DNA of 64,000 nucleotides. Origin: Phoronis australis. Taxonomy: Eukaryota; Animalia; Phoronida. The stretch covers positions 10,441 to 74,440 of the forward strand of contig NMRA01000558.1 in assembly GCA_002633005.1 (NCBI GenBank), given 5' to 3'. A model generated the notes under the pieces. The model had not been told where the DNA came from. It did not search any database and saw nothing but the letters and a program-made list of their open reading frames with translations. A program made the translations under genes and the position numbers. This document shows positions 1 to 12,700 of the stretch, piece by piece. Numbering within the stretch: the stretch's first letter is position 1; every line of letters begins with the position of its first letter.

Positions 1-200
1 TCTCATTCATGAATGGAACATATGTGCCAAATTTCATGAACGTATGTCAAAGGGTTTTGGAGATAGAGCAGCGGACACCGGACGCCGCCAGACGCCGGAC
101 GGACGCCGAACGGACGCCGCCCGGACGGACGGACGGACGGACGGACGGACAGAGATGACGGCATAATGCGTCCACATATAAATATGTGGGCGCATAAAAA
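1..200 (+). mobile_element. 3' end of a non-autonomous Helentron/HINE-like (DINE-1/Pearl-type) element
   Basis: (GGAC)n/GACGCC microsatellite at ~72-150, followed by the stem-loop ATGCGTCCACATAT-AA-ATATGTGGGCGCAT (165-194) and AAAAA. This microsatellite + terminal hairpin + A-run layout is typical of invertebrate HINE-like elements. Confidence 0.6.
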
Positions 201-791
201 TTACATTTATGTCATGAGTACATAAGAGGTTCGACAAATGATTTTGTTACATGAATATGGGAATGGCTTAATTGCAACATTTTGACAACCCATTAGCTGT
301 CTTCCGAAAAATATAGGTTTAAACAAACTTTTCAGCCTCGTCTATACACGGGAAATGCGCGTGAATAGATTTATTTACTCTTCCTAAGATTAGGCGAAAT
401 GGGAAATTAGCCGGGATGTAGCACCTGTGACGTATTACCTTTGTTCAAAGAAGAGTGCAATTTTCTTATGGCATTAATTTTGTGTCGGACTTCATTTCGG
501 AAGTGTTTCACCCAGATAGTTTTAAAGCAGTATATGAAAACAATTTAGTACCAAGACTAGTTAAAAGATGGACAAAATCCCAATGCCTGAAGCAAAATGC
601 TCACGGTGAGTTTAATTCCAAAATGTCCTCAAATTGTCACGACAGTTCCAGATATTTCTAAAAACTTCAAATCTAAAAACGAGACTATACCTAGTTTAAG
701 AGTTTAGCATAGTTTATAGAAAGCTGCCAGAACCTTTGTTACATTGGTTCCAACACTTCCATCAACGCTCATTGTCTACGTGTATATGTAC

Positions 792-3700
792 CTCACGGTT
801 GAAAAAACAATAGATGAGTGACACCACAAGGCCCTGAGTACTGACTAACAAGTTGGCGATGACTTCGTAGGGCCACCAGCACTGTGAACGATATATTACA
901 AACACAAGCTGAATTCCAAGAAGCGGAACTAAGGTGAACGTGGCTCGCAGCGTTCGTCTGGAAACACAAGATGAGACGTCTATGTTAGAGCATACAGTTT
1001 ATAATATCGAGTGGCGTCGTTCAGTAGAAGGGAAGATCGCCTATCATTCATGTGCTATTCTGTTATCGATTCGATATCAGACACAATTTTGTTGCAACAT
1101 AAGCTTTCGACGTCATGAAAACCATAAAATTGATTATGTAAACTGTAGTTATGAGTTTTTTAAAATCTGCCCAGAAAAAATTGCACCTGTCTCCCAAAAA
1201 TTAACAAAAATAAAATTTACGTACGGCATCATTGTCGTTTTTTCAAATGCTTGGAGGTGCGGTCGTCGATTTATAAACATCCGGTGACATCACCGACAAC
1301 TTGTGGTTCCACATGTACATGTATAATCTACATGTAGTTAACTTCAGGGTCACCGGAAGGCGCTTACCTCGAGAATAGATGCAGAAATGTTCATGGGCGG
1401 CACACCATAGTGGGCTGGGGGGCTATAGCCCCCTCACTTTTTTCAGTGCTACGCCGCACGTGGTCTATAGGCGGTGCACCACTGGGGGCTGAGGGGGCTT
1501 TAGCCGCCCACTTTTTTCAGTGCTGCGCCGCCCATGATGTTGTTGCATGGGACTTTCATAAACAACCCAGTTTAACGCACCATGCCTTGTAAATCGGAAT
1601 ATTGGTAAGACCTGGCCTGCCTGCGAGTGTCACCACTAAACAACACATCCACGAAGCATTCGGATATGTTACAAAATTCATTATTAGCTAAAATCAGTTT
1701 CTAACGAAAAAAACACCCGGCGATTAGTATTTTTCTTTCAATCACGAGTAGCGTGCTTCACTATTTAAGTACGTCAGTCCTGTCCTGGTATTCTTCCACA
1801 AACGCGGAAGGCATGACATGTTTTGGTTAATTATTGAACCAAACAATTAAAGAAATAAAAAATGAAGAGCAACTATAAAAACATCATGTTCATATGTTCA
1901 CAAATAAGTGACTTCAAATGAGGATTGCTTTCCTTTTTCACAAAATTGTACGCAGAATTTCGTATTTCTGCTCACAAGTCACCAAGTTATTTGTGGTGTC
2001 ACCGAATGTTTTGCGAACCACCAACCGCAACAAAATGCATTTGAAAAACCCCAACAGCGCTATGATTGTACAAGTAATCCCATAAAATTAATTAGCAAAC
2101 ATCAGTGCCCGTTGGAAACTTGCTCCTCTGGCTAATCATTTGGAACGATGGCCGATTTTTTACAGTTATATTTAGCGCTAATTTGGTAATATGGCTGTTA
2201 GCTGAGGTAAAATAAATACCGTTAGATAGACAGGCGAGTATCAAAGTTTTGATTTATTTGTGCGAGGTGTAACAAGAAATCGAGTCGCAAATTAAGGTAA
2301 GTTAAAGTGGATAGAACATGAAAAAAACACACTAAATTGCATTATTCAAACTGGTTCTATGCCACTGAAACAGAGGTTAAGCCCTTCATCAGGCAAATTT
2401 ACGGTTTGTCCGTAAAGATTTCTGTCGATTTCAAAGCATTTTTCCTTCAGTTTAAAATTTCAAGACCCACCATCTGTCAACTTCTCGTCACTTCATCGAG
2501 TTTTCACCCACGCATGACTAGCTTTGACCTTTGATGTAAAAAACAACGGCGATTGTGCACTTGGAGAATGTTTGGTGGCATTCAACAGTTTTTGCTAATT
2601 TTGAGCTTGAAAAATCAGGTCATCTCAACTTCAACAGTCTGTTCCACAGGATGTACAAAATCAGAAAATGTGAAAAGTATACTGGGCCAAAGACTTCATA
2701 AACATTGTCTATTAAACTTATTCCAAAGTCAATTTTCCACCATTTACAACTACCGGAAGTGAAGCCGGCTACTTGAAAAAAAAACAAGCAAAAACACGCC
2801 GAGACAGCAGTTTTCACCTTAAAGCCAGCGTCTGCATACAATTACTACGAACTGGGAGATATTGCACTCAGACTAACTAACAAAACTTTCCATACAACAG
2901 AAACCGAGTGAAAAGTGGATGTCGATCTGCCAGATTTTTTACAAATCCAAAGTGTTGGAAGGGTACCTGAATTTCCTGCTACATTTGAACTTCCCCCTTG
3001 CAAGCGGTCAAGAGGTTTTAAAAAGCCACAGCTGATCAAGGGGTCAACAGATGGCAATATTTCATTCAGAACAGATTCAAAAATCGCGCAAATGTCATTT
3101 GTAGCCTTCACAGGCAGCACATAACACAAAATGCCCAGTCAACCCAGCAGGGGCCAATTTGTAATCAAACTAAGGGACCTATATTCAATCGGGAATCAAA
3201 AACTGCGTGTTTCCTTGAGCGCGTGCGCGCATAAATATTATTACGCGGACAATTGGGTTAGGATGAAAGAGTTTACCGTCTATGTTTAAAAAAGTGAATC
3301 TGACGATTTCCTCTATAAATTCTTGCAACATTCAAAGTGTCCAATTCCCTACTTAGTGTCCTCAAGAAGTGGATTCGCCACGATCTGTTCAAAGGGTTTA
3401 GGCGTTCCAGGCCTCTTTAACATTGTTTTCTGATACATGTATGTCTACATTGTGGTCGGAATGGAGTTCAAGGGTGTTATTTTGGCCTTACTAAACTGTT
3501 CTTATTGTATATTACATTGAAATCGCAGTTGTATACTTAGCGCTCATTGTAACTTTAAATCAATACATGTATCTATTGGTAATTTTAATAAATTTCGGTG
3601 AAATTAAAAGCAAGCAATAAAAGACGTTGACCAAGACAACTTTATAGTCCCATTGCTATACAATGTTTGTTTCAAGATTTGTTGAAAAAATAAAATTATC

Positions 3701-6700
3701 TATTATTTCCCAATCTGGAGATTGTTCGGTACACACCCACTCAGGGGTTAAAACGTCAACTGTCCAAGTTATGGCTTCCGCCTCAGAGCTTCAGCCTCTC
3801 GGCTCATTTAACGGCCAAGTACCATCTTCAATATTTCAGCCTGAGCTCCTGTCTAGCCCTTGCGTTGAAACGCGAAGGAACTGCACGGGTCTTGTTTTGG
3901 GAGAAGCTATGAACTGACGGGCAAGCTCCGTCAGTGGTGGCAGCTTTTAAGTGGAGCTCTAAGCAGAGCCAGGTACACTGCAACTTCTTACCTCACCAGG
4001 CCTTAGAGCCAGTCGCTATACCAGAACCTGTGGTCAAACTTCCAACACAAGATTGGTGGGTGAGGTTGAGACGTTGAATTATGGGATAGATTTCATCATA
4101 GAATTCCAGCCCTCTATGAACTGGTGTGAATCGGTCGGAGGTTTTTTGCGCATGGGCAAGGTAACGCTTCGCGGTCTTTGGAGCACACACAATTCTGGTA
4201 ACAAGTTTGAAAAATCCCTGACTGGTAAAACACAAGCCTTAAACGTATTCAGAAACTTTCCGTGCTACTAGATACCAGTTTTAGTATTACACACATTTTA
4301 ATTTCTACTCACAAATTCAATAGATATTCACAATCTTCCTAGTAAACTATCTTTTATTTCAAAAATGACTTACTTAATGACAAATAATCTGCTCTCACTT
4401 GGATTGGACATCCTCGTAACTGTGCGGCTGATGTAGCACAAAATTATAAAATTTACCTGCAAAAATAAGGCCGTTCTGGCATATTAATCAGGCACTTTGT
4501 TTTATCTTGAGTGTATTCGTTAAATCAACAAGAAACATATGGTGTCAGGTGTACAGTTGAAGATTTGCAATAATAGACTCTTTTACAGATTTCCGTTATG
4601 TGAAGAGGTTTTACGGCACCATTTCCAGGCAACCTATCCCATCGATCACTCGTCCGAACTAGAAAGGAAGTAACTGGGGCACCGCTGTTCAAACCAGTTT
4701 CCGTTGTTTCACGCAGAAATCGTGAAATGAATGTTTCAGGAAGACAGATTGTAATGTTCTGCGTTCAATTGACTAAGCTTATGAAAACTGCTTTCAGTTT
4801 GCGAAAACCGTCCCCGTTCGTCCAGTATTCGAAATCAGACCGAAAGGACAACGTGTATGTAAAATGATACTCACCACAAGAGATGCCACATTAGGGATGT
4901 GCATAATCAGCTCGAATCCGTCCGTACTCAACCAACAACTGAAAAAATTATTTTGATTCACCAAATCAAACAAGCTGGGAATTACGGCCGCGGTGTATAT
5001 TAAAAATGTCAACACGTCAATGAAACCCACTCGTGAGGAACACGTAGAGTGGTATTTCGCCCTGTTTCGTTGGCTAAAAACATTTTTGAACGCGCAACTT
5101 TAGGGTTAGCCAAACTAAATAAGCGTTGAAGATTTTTCTCGAACCGTTGATGGCTTTATTGGTAACGAAAGTAGCATCCTATTACACTAAGAAATCCTGT
5201 GAAAGAAAAAGATAAATTCGAATTTCGTTTTTGAGCCAAGGAAACAGGGCAAAACGCAGCTTCAGAGAAAAAATCGCACCAACGTCTTGGATTTCTTGAA
5301 GAATCGTCTGCACAATGCACAAACTTGACTATGACCTATCTTGGATAGGAAGCGTTTAGCTTTAAACACGAAGTAAAGATACATAAGAAACTAAATAAAA
5401 ATTAATTAGAGTTAATCATAACGTGACTTAAATTTCAGTGATCGAAGCTTTGGTCTCCATACATGTACATGTATGGTACATTATAAGTACTGGTCTCTGA
5501 CACTGAATCTTTTTACACTAACTTTAATCCTACTCAAACTCTGTTAGAGAATTGTTACAACCTGGGACAATTCAACATTTATTTTCAACGGTTTTACCGC
5601 GTACAGACATTTTCAGGGATACGGCTTTTAGATCACTGTGAATTTTGCTGCGTCGTCTATGACGTCACGACCATGTGATACAGAAGAGAGCTGAGTTGTG
5701 TGCATGTACCTGTTTTCCCCTTTTCTCAAAAATATTTGAGCACAGTACGTTTAGAGTATGTAGAACACATTCACAATTTTTTTAAACTGCATTGTCGGCA
5801 ATAAGTGCCGAAGTGAGACGTGTTTTAACATACAGTACTTAATTTTGGTAATCATTCAATACGGAGGTTTCTTTGCGTTGCGTTGGATAAAACGTGTTAG
5901 TGAAACTTATACCACATTCGTATCGACTCGTACATGTATGATAATTCTCACGACCCAAGCCACATCACTATGCACTAAAATGTGTTGCAGTTGAGACTAA
6001 AAAGTGATTACGCCTTATTTCAATTTCATTGCCCTACATGTATTCACGGACATTACTCACTTTCCTGTTGCCGATGTCCCATTCGTTCCACTGACACGAA
6101 CCACTACGTAAACTACTCCACACACAGCCGGCACACCTGCCCGAAAATAAAAACGTGTATTAATTTTTGTGTCAAGATTTACCACTTGAAAGTCATTTTC
6201 TTGTTAAGTGGAACTCTGCACTTACCCCATCCTACAGCAACGTATTTGATGAGTGTTTCGGATCTTCCCACGGATAACGTTGAGGTAAGTCTACGCAATA
6301 ATAAAAGCCCCTCGCAAAACATGCACCAGTAAACCACTCCTCGAAAATATAATGTCGCAAAATGGCACACTTTGCAGTCAATCTGAAAACAAATATGTCG
6401 CAGTTATATATGGTGATTAGGAAACATGGAAAAAACATGTTGAGCACACGAGCAACGAGATACGAAAAGGCAAGCCAACGAACATTGCCTCGAAAAACTG
6501 GGGTAGATGCACTATAGAGTTTGAATTCCATCTATGTGCTCTACGTGAAAGCACTACTACTCGCGTGTGCCGGCTTTGCTCCAAAGTTGCGTTCAAAGAA
6601 ATTTACAACGTTCTACCTTCACAAGACGCAACTGGATTCCTGGACTTATAACAAAATCACCCACAGCTGTTTTTACGTGGTCTTCAATGGAATTCAAAAT

Positions 6701-9700
6701 CCCACTTAAAGAAATCTGTCGTTAAAAGCCAGTTCCCAAAAAAATCGCTTAAGCCAGTGGAACACTTAAAGACTAAATTCGTTTCCAAATGGCATTCCAA
6801 AAAAACTAGGTCAGTGCGTTAACTTTTGGCGTTGTTTCTCAAATCACGACACAATAATTTTACGGCAGGTGCATTTTTGATAAAATGGAGTGAAGAACAG
6901 CAAAAAATTTGTGTGAGGCGTATTGATATTTATACATATACTGGCGACTTTTTTCATCATTCGATTTATTTATATTCGATAACAACCGCGGGACTGTCTT
7001 TTGATTCATTCGAGAATCGCAACTACATGTACAACAGGCCACGCTCTCATTACAAAATTTAGGCAAACTTTTGTAGGAAAGGGGCAAGTACCCTTTCTGG
7101 CGTGTTTGTAAGCAGTTATTTAAAGAAAGTGACGTGTCTAGCAATACGCGATAATAGGCGGTACATAGTATTCCTGTAGTGAATATCACCATGGCAAGGG
7201 ACGGGCAGAGAACAGACAATTTTGGCCAAAACATGACTCGAATGCTCAATAGCACAGATACACTTTTCACTCGATCTGTACAAAAATTAGTCGGTTCTCA
7301 CTTACACGTTCATAAAAAACGCAAAGTTCAATTCGTGTCACACCAGGTAATTCTCACCACGATCGATCTCGTCCTACATGTACAGGCTTCAAGAAGCAGA
7401 CTGGGGGCGTTCGGAAGCGGCCAACTGTTGACGAAAACATGGCTTGTATGCGACAACGTGCACGAGATATTTACTCAAATTGTAACATGCATACGACCTT
7501 TATTCGGTCCACTTTCAGAATTGAGAACTGGTTTGGTGTCACACACAAATAGATTTTCGCAAGCTTTTACACATTAGTCAACGATACTGTATACTGGTGT
7601 AACTACATGTATGATATGTTTGCATTGTGTGCACCAGTTAAGTCGGGACCAGCGCCTAAGATTGACATCTGACTGGTCTGTTATAAGCCGGAAGCAGCCA
7701 TCGAGAAGCACATCAAACAGCTTCACGTTCAGTAACGCTAGGACCACGCTAAAAACAAGACTTTCGGTGAGATCACGTGACATATGGCCGTGTATTTTAA
7801 ATGAGAACACGTGCATGACTTTGGCTAGATTTTAGCTAGGTCCTAGCGTAGGTCCTAGCGTTACTGAACACACGCCAGGTCTTAGCCGGTTGACCCGACG
7901 GAACCGGCGCCAGTGCTGTAGTGGCAAAATTAGGGGTAAGTAGGCGCCCAAAGCCCACCGTATCACCTTGAGCGCTGAATTTTAAAAGTGCATTGAATTC
8001 GCAAAACATAACTCGCAAAATGTACAGTAGGCTTATTTTGCCGTACTCACGGGTGGGTATTTACATGTACTTCGAGTCTGCAGTGGCAAATCTAGAATGT
8101 CGCGGAAAGGGGGCCCCGACCAAAACTATAGGAAGAAAAAGGTCCTCCGCGTGCATTCCAAACGGTCTCTGAAGGGGGCCAAAACATAATCATAAAAGAA
8201 ATTAGGCGCGTAACGCCCAGAAATGATGTGCTGCCGAGGCGTTTTAATCGCCCGTGGGGTGTGTCCTAAGGGCCCTTCGATCGTCTGTTAATTTTGACTA
8301 TCCGATTCATTTCGCTGAATCCTCGTTCACATTCAGCTGTACTGCAAGGAACTGTAAAAAGATGGTTGGCTGCGCATACGTGCGCCTACACCCTACTATA
8401 ACGTAACTTACAGTGCATAGGCGCTATGTTCAAATCATGCGGCCAAAAGGTGGTTGGCTGCGTCTACGTGCGCCTGCGCCCCATTACAGCACTAAGTGAA
8501 CAAAGTGTACCTAATTTAACCACATCCTTGCATTTCGCTATATGGGTCTTGTCCCGCTATGGGTTTGCCCTCAATAGGATCTCGACGGGATATATAAAAA
8601 GACTGGGAACGAATTGAACGTTGCGTAAGCTCGCACTCGAGCGTTTTTGCTGCGGACAAAATTCCTATTTTCCGCGCCCGTCCCCAACTCGTTTTATCGC
8701 GAATACGGGCTCGGACCTCCCGAGAAAACGTTTGGTGGGATAGACCCTTGCTGTGTTGTATAGTGCTTAAATACATAATGTTGTAGTGTAATGATGTTAT
8801 TTAATATACTTGTAACGCCTTCCATTTTTCTCACACAGCAGCCGTAGCTATTATGTGCATGGAAACTGACACTCTGTACCTCGTGATGTACAAATTCCTA
8901 CTTCTGATATACCAGTTTGACCACAGCTCTCTATTATGGGCAGCGCATTAATTTGAAACTTTCAGTACAATGTAGAAATGTTGTGAGATTTACCTCATTC
9001 GAATTACGAGAACCAATTAATACTTAATTAAATATTACCGTGTCGTATTGATAGTAAGGTGTTCCGCCAACTTGTAAAGACTTCAGAGAAGGCTGGTAGA
9101 TTGCCGTATCCCAAACAATATTTGCAACTCCGTTGAAGATTATTGCGACGAACAGATTTGTGTGAATACGGACATTGGCCTTCCCTGATGCGTCTCGACG
9201 AAGATTTCTGATACAGAAAATAGTGAAAAATGTAACCAAACAACAGCCGATAAAAGCACAGTTTCTTTCGAACAATGTGTTAACTAACAGTTTTAAACCT
9301 TTCTGAGCGGTTTTCATTTTAATAGAAATAAAGCATGCAAACAGGGACTACTTGTTCAGTGTATATTCTTTCACACTGTGCAAGTAACCAAGCGTATCTC
9401 GTCATCACTTGGCTAGTAACTGTCTGCGCACGTTGTCACCTTTCTTCCGTCAACTAACGTGCCTATTCGCTTACATGAAAACGTTCGCGGTTACGTCTTC
9501 GTGTACATGTACAAGTCGTCGCTTCTGAGTAAGTGGTTGACAAAAAGTTGGTCTAATTATACGCCAAAGTGTTCCGCAAAACTTGTCAGCAGATATACAT
9601 GTAACTCGTGCCAAAGACGAATTAATACGGTCTTTGATCGTACTTTGAACTTAGCCCACGAGCCGGTGGTAGATTTGATTGCATACTCGATGTCGTTCAA

Positions 9701-12700
9701 AAATTGATGGACATGGTAGTCGACCAAAGTAGGTACATGTACATGTAGGACTTCTTCATAAAGAACTCTAAAAGACAAAATATATGAAAAGGGATACCGT
9801 GTGGAATATCACTGAGTGGGTGTAGGGAACGGTCTAAGTATGAATTCTAGTCGCACGCAGTTCTGAGATAGTCGTCCCAGAAATACATGTACAGTGTAAA
9901 GGCACTCCGTTCTTTCCCAGACGCCACTGTTCTATCGCCGTGAGGTGGTGAACGACGGGTCATTTAATCCATCTACTTTGAGAACAAAATTATACTTGCT
10001 ACGATAAACGTAAGAATTTTTTTTTTAAATTGGAGGAAAAATAAACAATCTTGAAGGGTACAAGAACCAGGGACCTACCTCATAAAACTTGAATTAAAGA
10101 CTTTTGCGATTTAAAAATCGTAAATATCATTGTGCAACATATTCTGAAACAATTTTTATTTGAATTTCACAAACGTAACAAAGTAAGGAGTTCCGAGAAC
10201 TGGTTCACGCAGGTTATCCAGAACATCGCTAAAAATTATTGCTGAGCTGTGATTAAATGCAAAAACATTAACCACGATATGGGAGTGTACGGCAAAGTTT
10301 AGTTTCAAATCACTTTTCACAAAACTGAACCAGGGTCTAATCTCCGAACTCAGAATCGAAACTTAACTTAACATGTCGCATGATTCGAGTACTAATTTCG
10401 AAAATGTCTTCGAAGGGTGGTCTGCTATTGGTCAAATTTCGATACGTTCCGAGTTTAAAGATTAGACGCCCAGAACGTAACGCAATATTTACTCTATTCC
10501 AGTACAGGTGCAGCAAAGTTGTAAATATTTGTTTACCTTATTACCAAAAATAGGAGAATGGATGCGAATGCTGCCAGACTGCTAAGTGAGTACCCGATGA
10601 GATTTACCAGTATGCTGGTCTTGAGTACTTCTATTCCAGCAATGACTTCCTGAAAAGTACCCGTGGATGTCTTCCGACTTACAGTGTACATGTACCTAGC
10701 ACAACGTACTATAGGAATGTTTAGCATGACGTCACATTGACGTCACTATGACGTTTTGCACCCAGTGTGACGGTATGTCTATTCTTATTTATGGGTCCAA
10801 ATTGCGTCATCTACAGCCACGACACGCCATCACTAGACATCCGAATATGCACAATATTAGCAAACACATCTCCATTGTATCACAGTGGTATAAAATAACC
10901 CCATTTGATACACCAACCATTCTCTGGTTTCAAAAGGATCCGCAATGTTCTGTTGCGTAACATATGATAGTGTTTTAATGGCGGATGTAGGATACTGTAA
11001 GGGGGTCATCCACAATTTTGGCTGAAAATGTGAAAAATTCGCCTAAGTCATAATAGCGGCATGCCGCCGGGATTTTCATTTATAGTTTAGGTTTTGTCCT
11101 GAAGGGAACAGTTACTCTAGCCTTCTGCGTCCTTAAGTCCACCCGTGGATTTTCCTCGAATAAATCATCGGATTGTTCACAACTATATCAAGCTAATAAC
11201 TCTATAAGTGTGATTGTCATACATGTATTATTCAAATAGTACGTGCTTGAGGCACCCGCATAATTTACCTCGGAAGGTGGTCCCAAACAGCTGGTGAGAT
11301 TCGTGAAAAACCTGGACTCCTTGTAACCTATAACCCAGTTGCCGTCGACACCACACGCCGTGTGGGCCATTGAATCTGAAAATATGATATCTTGAATGGA
11401 AGTAATGGTGACTAGATTATCTTCTCAAAGTGTTTTGGAATACATGTAGGTACTGTCGATAAGTTTTGCTTAAACCTGTCTCAAACGGTAACACCTGTAA
11501 AGTTAGTTCCTACTGCATCCCTTTGAGTCCACTAGTGTCATAAATTGCCAATTGTAACGAACTGTTAGGCGCGTATTGGCTTGCTTTTGTCCACGTCAAC
11601 GCGAGAATCACTTTTTAATTTAAACAGCTGGGAGTAACACCCGCACACAATGGTGTTCTATTCAGACTACTATTCAGTACAACTGCTATGGGCCTGATGT
11701 TGTTTGTGCTGGAATCTCGCGGTGACGCAACATGGCACGAAAAGGCAGTTTCACCTATCATTTGACGGGCTTATATTTGCGTGATTGAACTTGCGTTTTC
11801 TTATTTTACCGAGACTGGTTAGTCCAATATATCTAAAATAACAAAACTCCGTTGAAGTTAATTTTTAAGGAAAACGCTGTTGTGACGTAAACTGTCGCAC
11901 TCGGCACATAATTATTGTCGCCTGGCAGCAATATACATGTACATGTACAATGTACATGTATACCGAAGGCCACAGTGTATGCCGTAAACATCCATGGCTA
12001 TTATCGCTAGGGCGACAATATGCGCAATGAACACCGGCACATTTAAGTGTAACATAAAAGGTTTATCTCAGTGAAACCTTTGCTTTAGTACACACGATGA
12101 ACTGCAAGTAACCCATTGAAGATTGAAAGTGAAGTTGTTCAATATATTATGACTCCTTTAGGCAGGCAGATTTTGATTAGAATCTTTCCATTACCAAATC
12201 CGGGGTATAGATGAACTAGCTGGTACACGATTGGTCTGTATACCTGTTGGCCAATTTTTATTGGGCTGGACATTTTTTTTCCAAAGTCTAAACTACCGGT
12301 ATCAACTATTCAATTCGTAAAGTCTACGAGCACTGTCCAATTTTGCCAAGTACTGTAGTGTAACTGCATGGACGTAAAAATAATAACCAGTTCCCGTACC
12401 TGAATAACAAACGCTGTCGTGAGTTGTCAAAAATGTGGGGCATTTTCCCTCTATTCTTTCTCCACTTGGTGTCGACGGCAAGCATATCACCCCGTCCCAG
12501 ACCATCGGGCAATATCCTTTAATCAATTAAACAAAACCTAGTAGCAAGTTTTGTTACTTTGTTACAATAAATATAAAAAAAAATTAAACAAAACTTAAGA
12601 TTTCGATTTCAAAACAGTGATATTCTCTTGTTCTTCTCAGGTAATGGATTAATAGTAGAATTCTTGATAATACAACAACGCACGATTTAAGATTAACTTT

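Noticed and set aside
34-237. 67-aa ORF with repeated RPSV
   Set aside because: Translation of the (GGAC)n microsatellite of a repeat element.
405-425. Possible last GPCR exon (cag|GTG CTA CAT CCC GGC TAA)
   Set aside because: Weak polypyrimidine tract and it would give almost no helix 8 or C-tail; the true last exon is more likely outside the window.
3993-4235. Minus-strand ORF containing 'SQGFF', suggesting a GPCR TM7 or a truncated 5-TM receptor
   Set aside because: The genuine TM6-TM7 exon is at 957-792 and is in phase with 4456-4374; this ORF is not hydrophobic and is intronic.
6860-7577. Overlapping 130+ aa ORFs in a GPCR intron
   Set aside because: No motifs and no need for them in the phase-consistent GPCR model; likely chance ORFs or unrecognised repeat.
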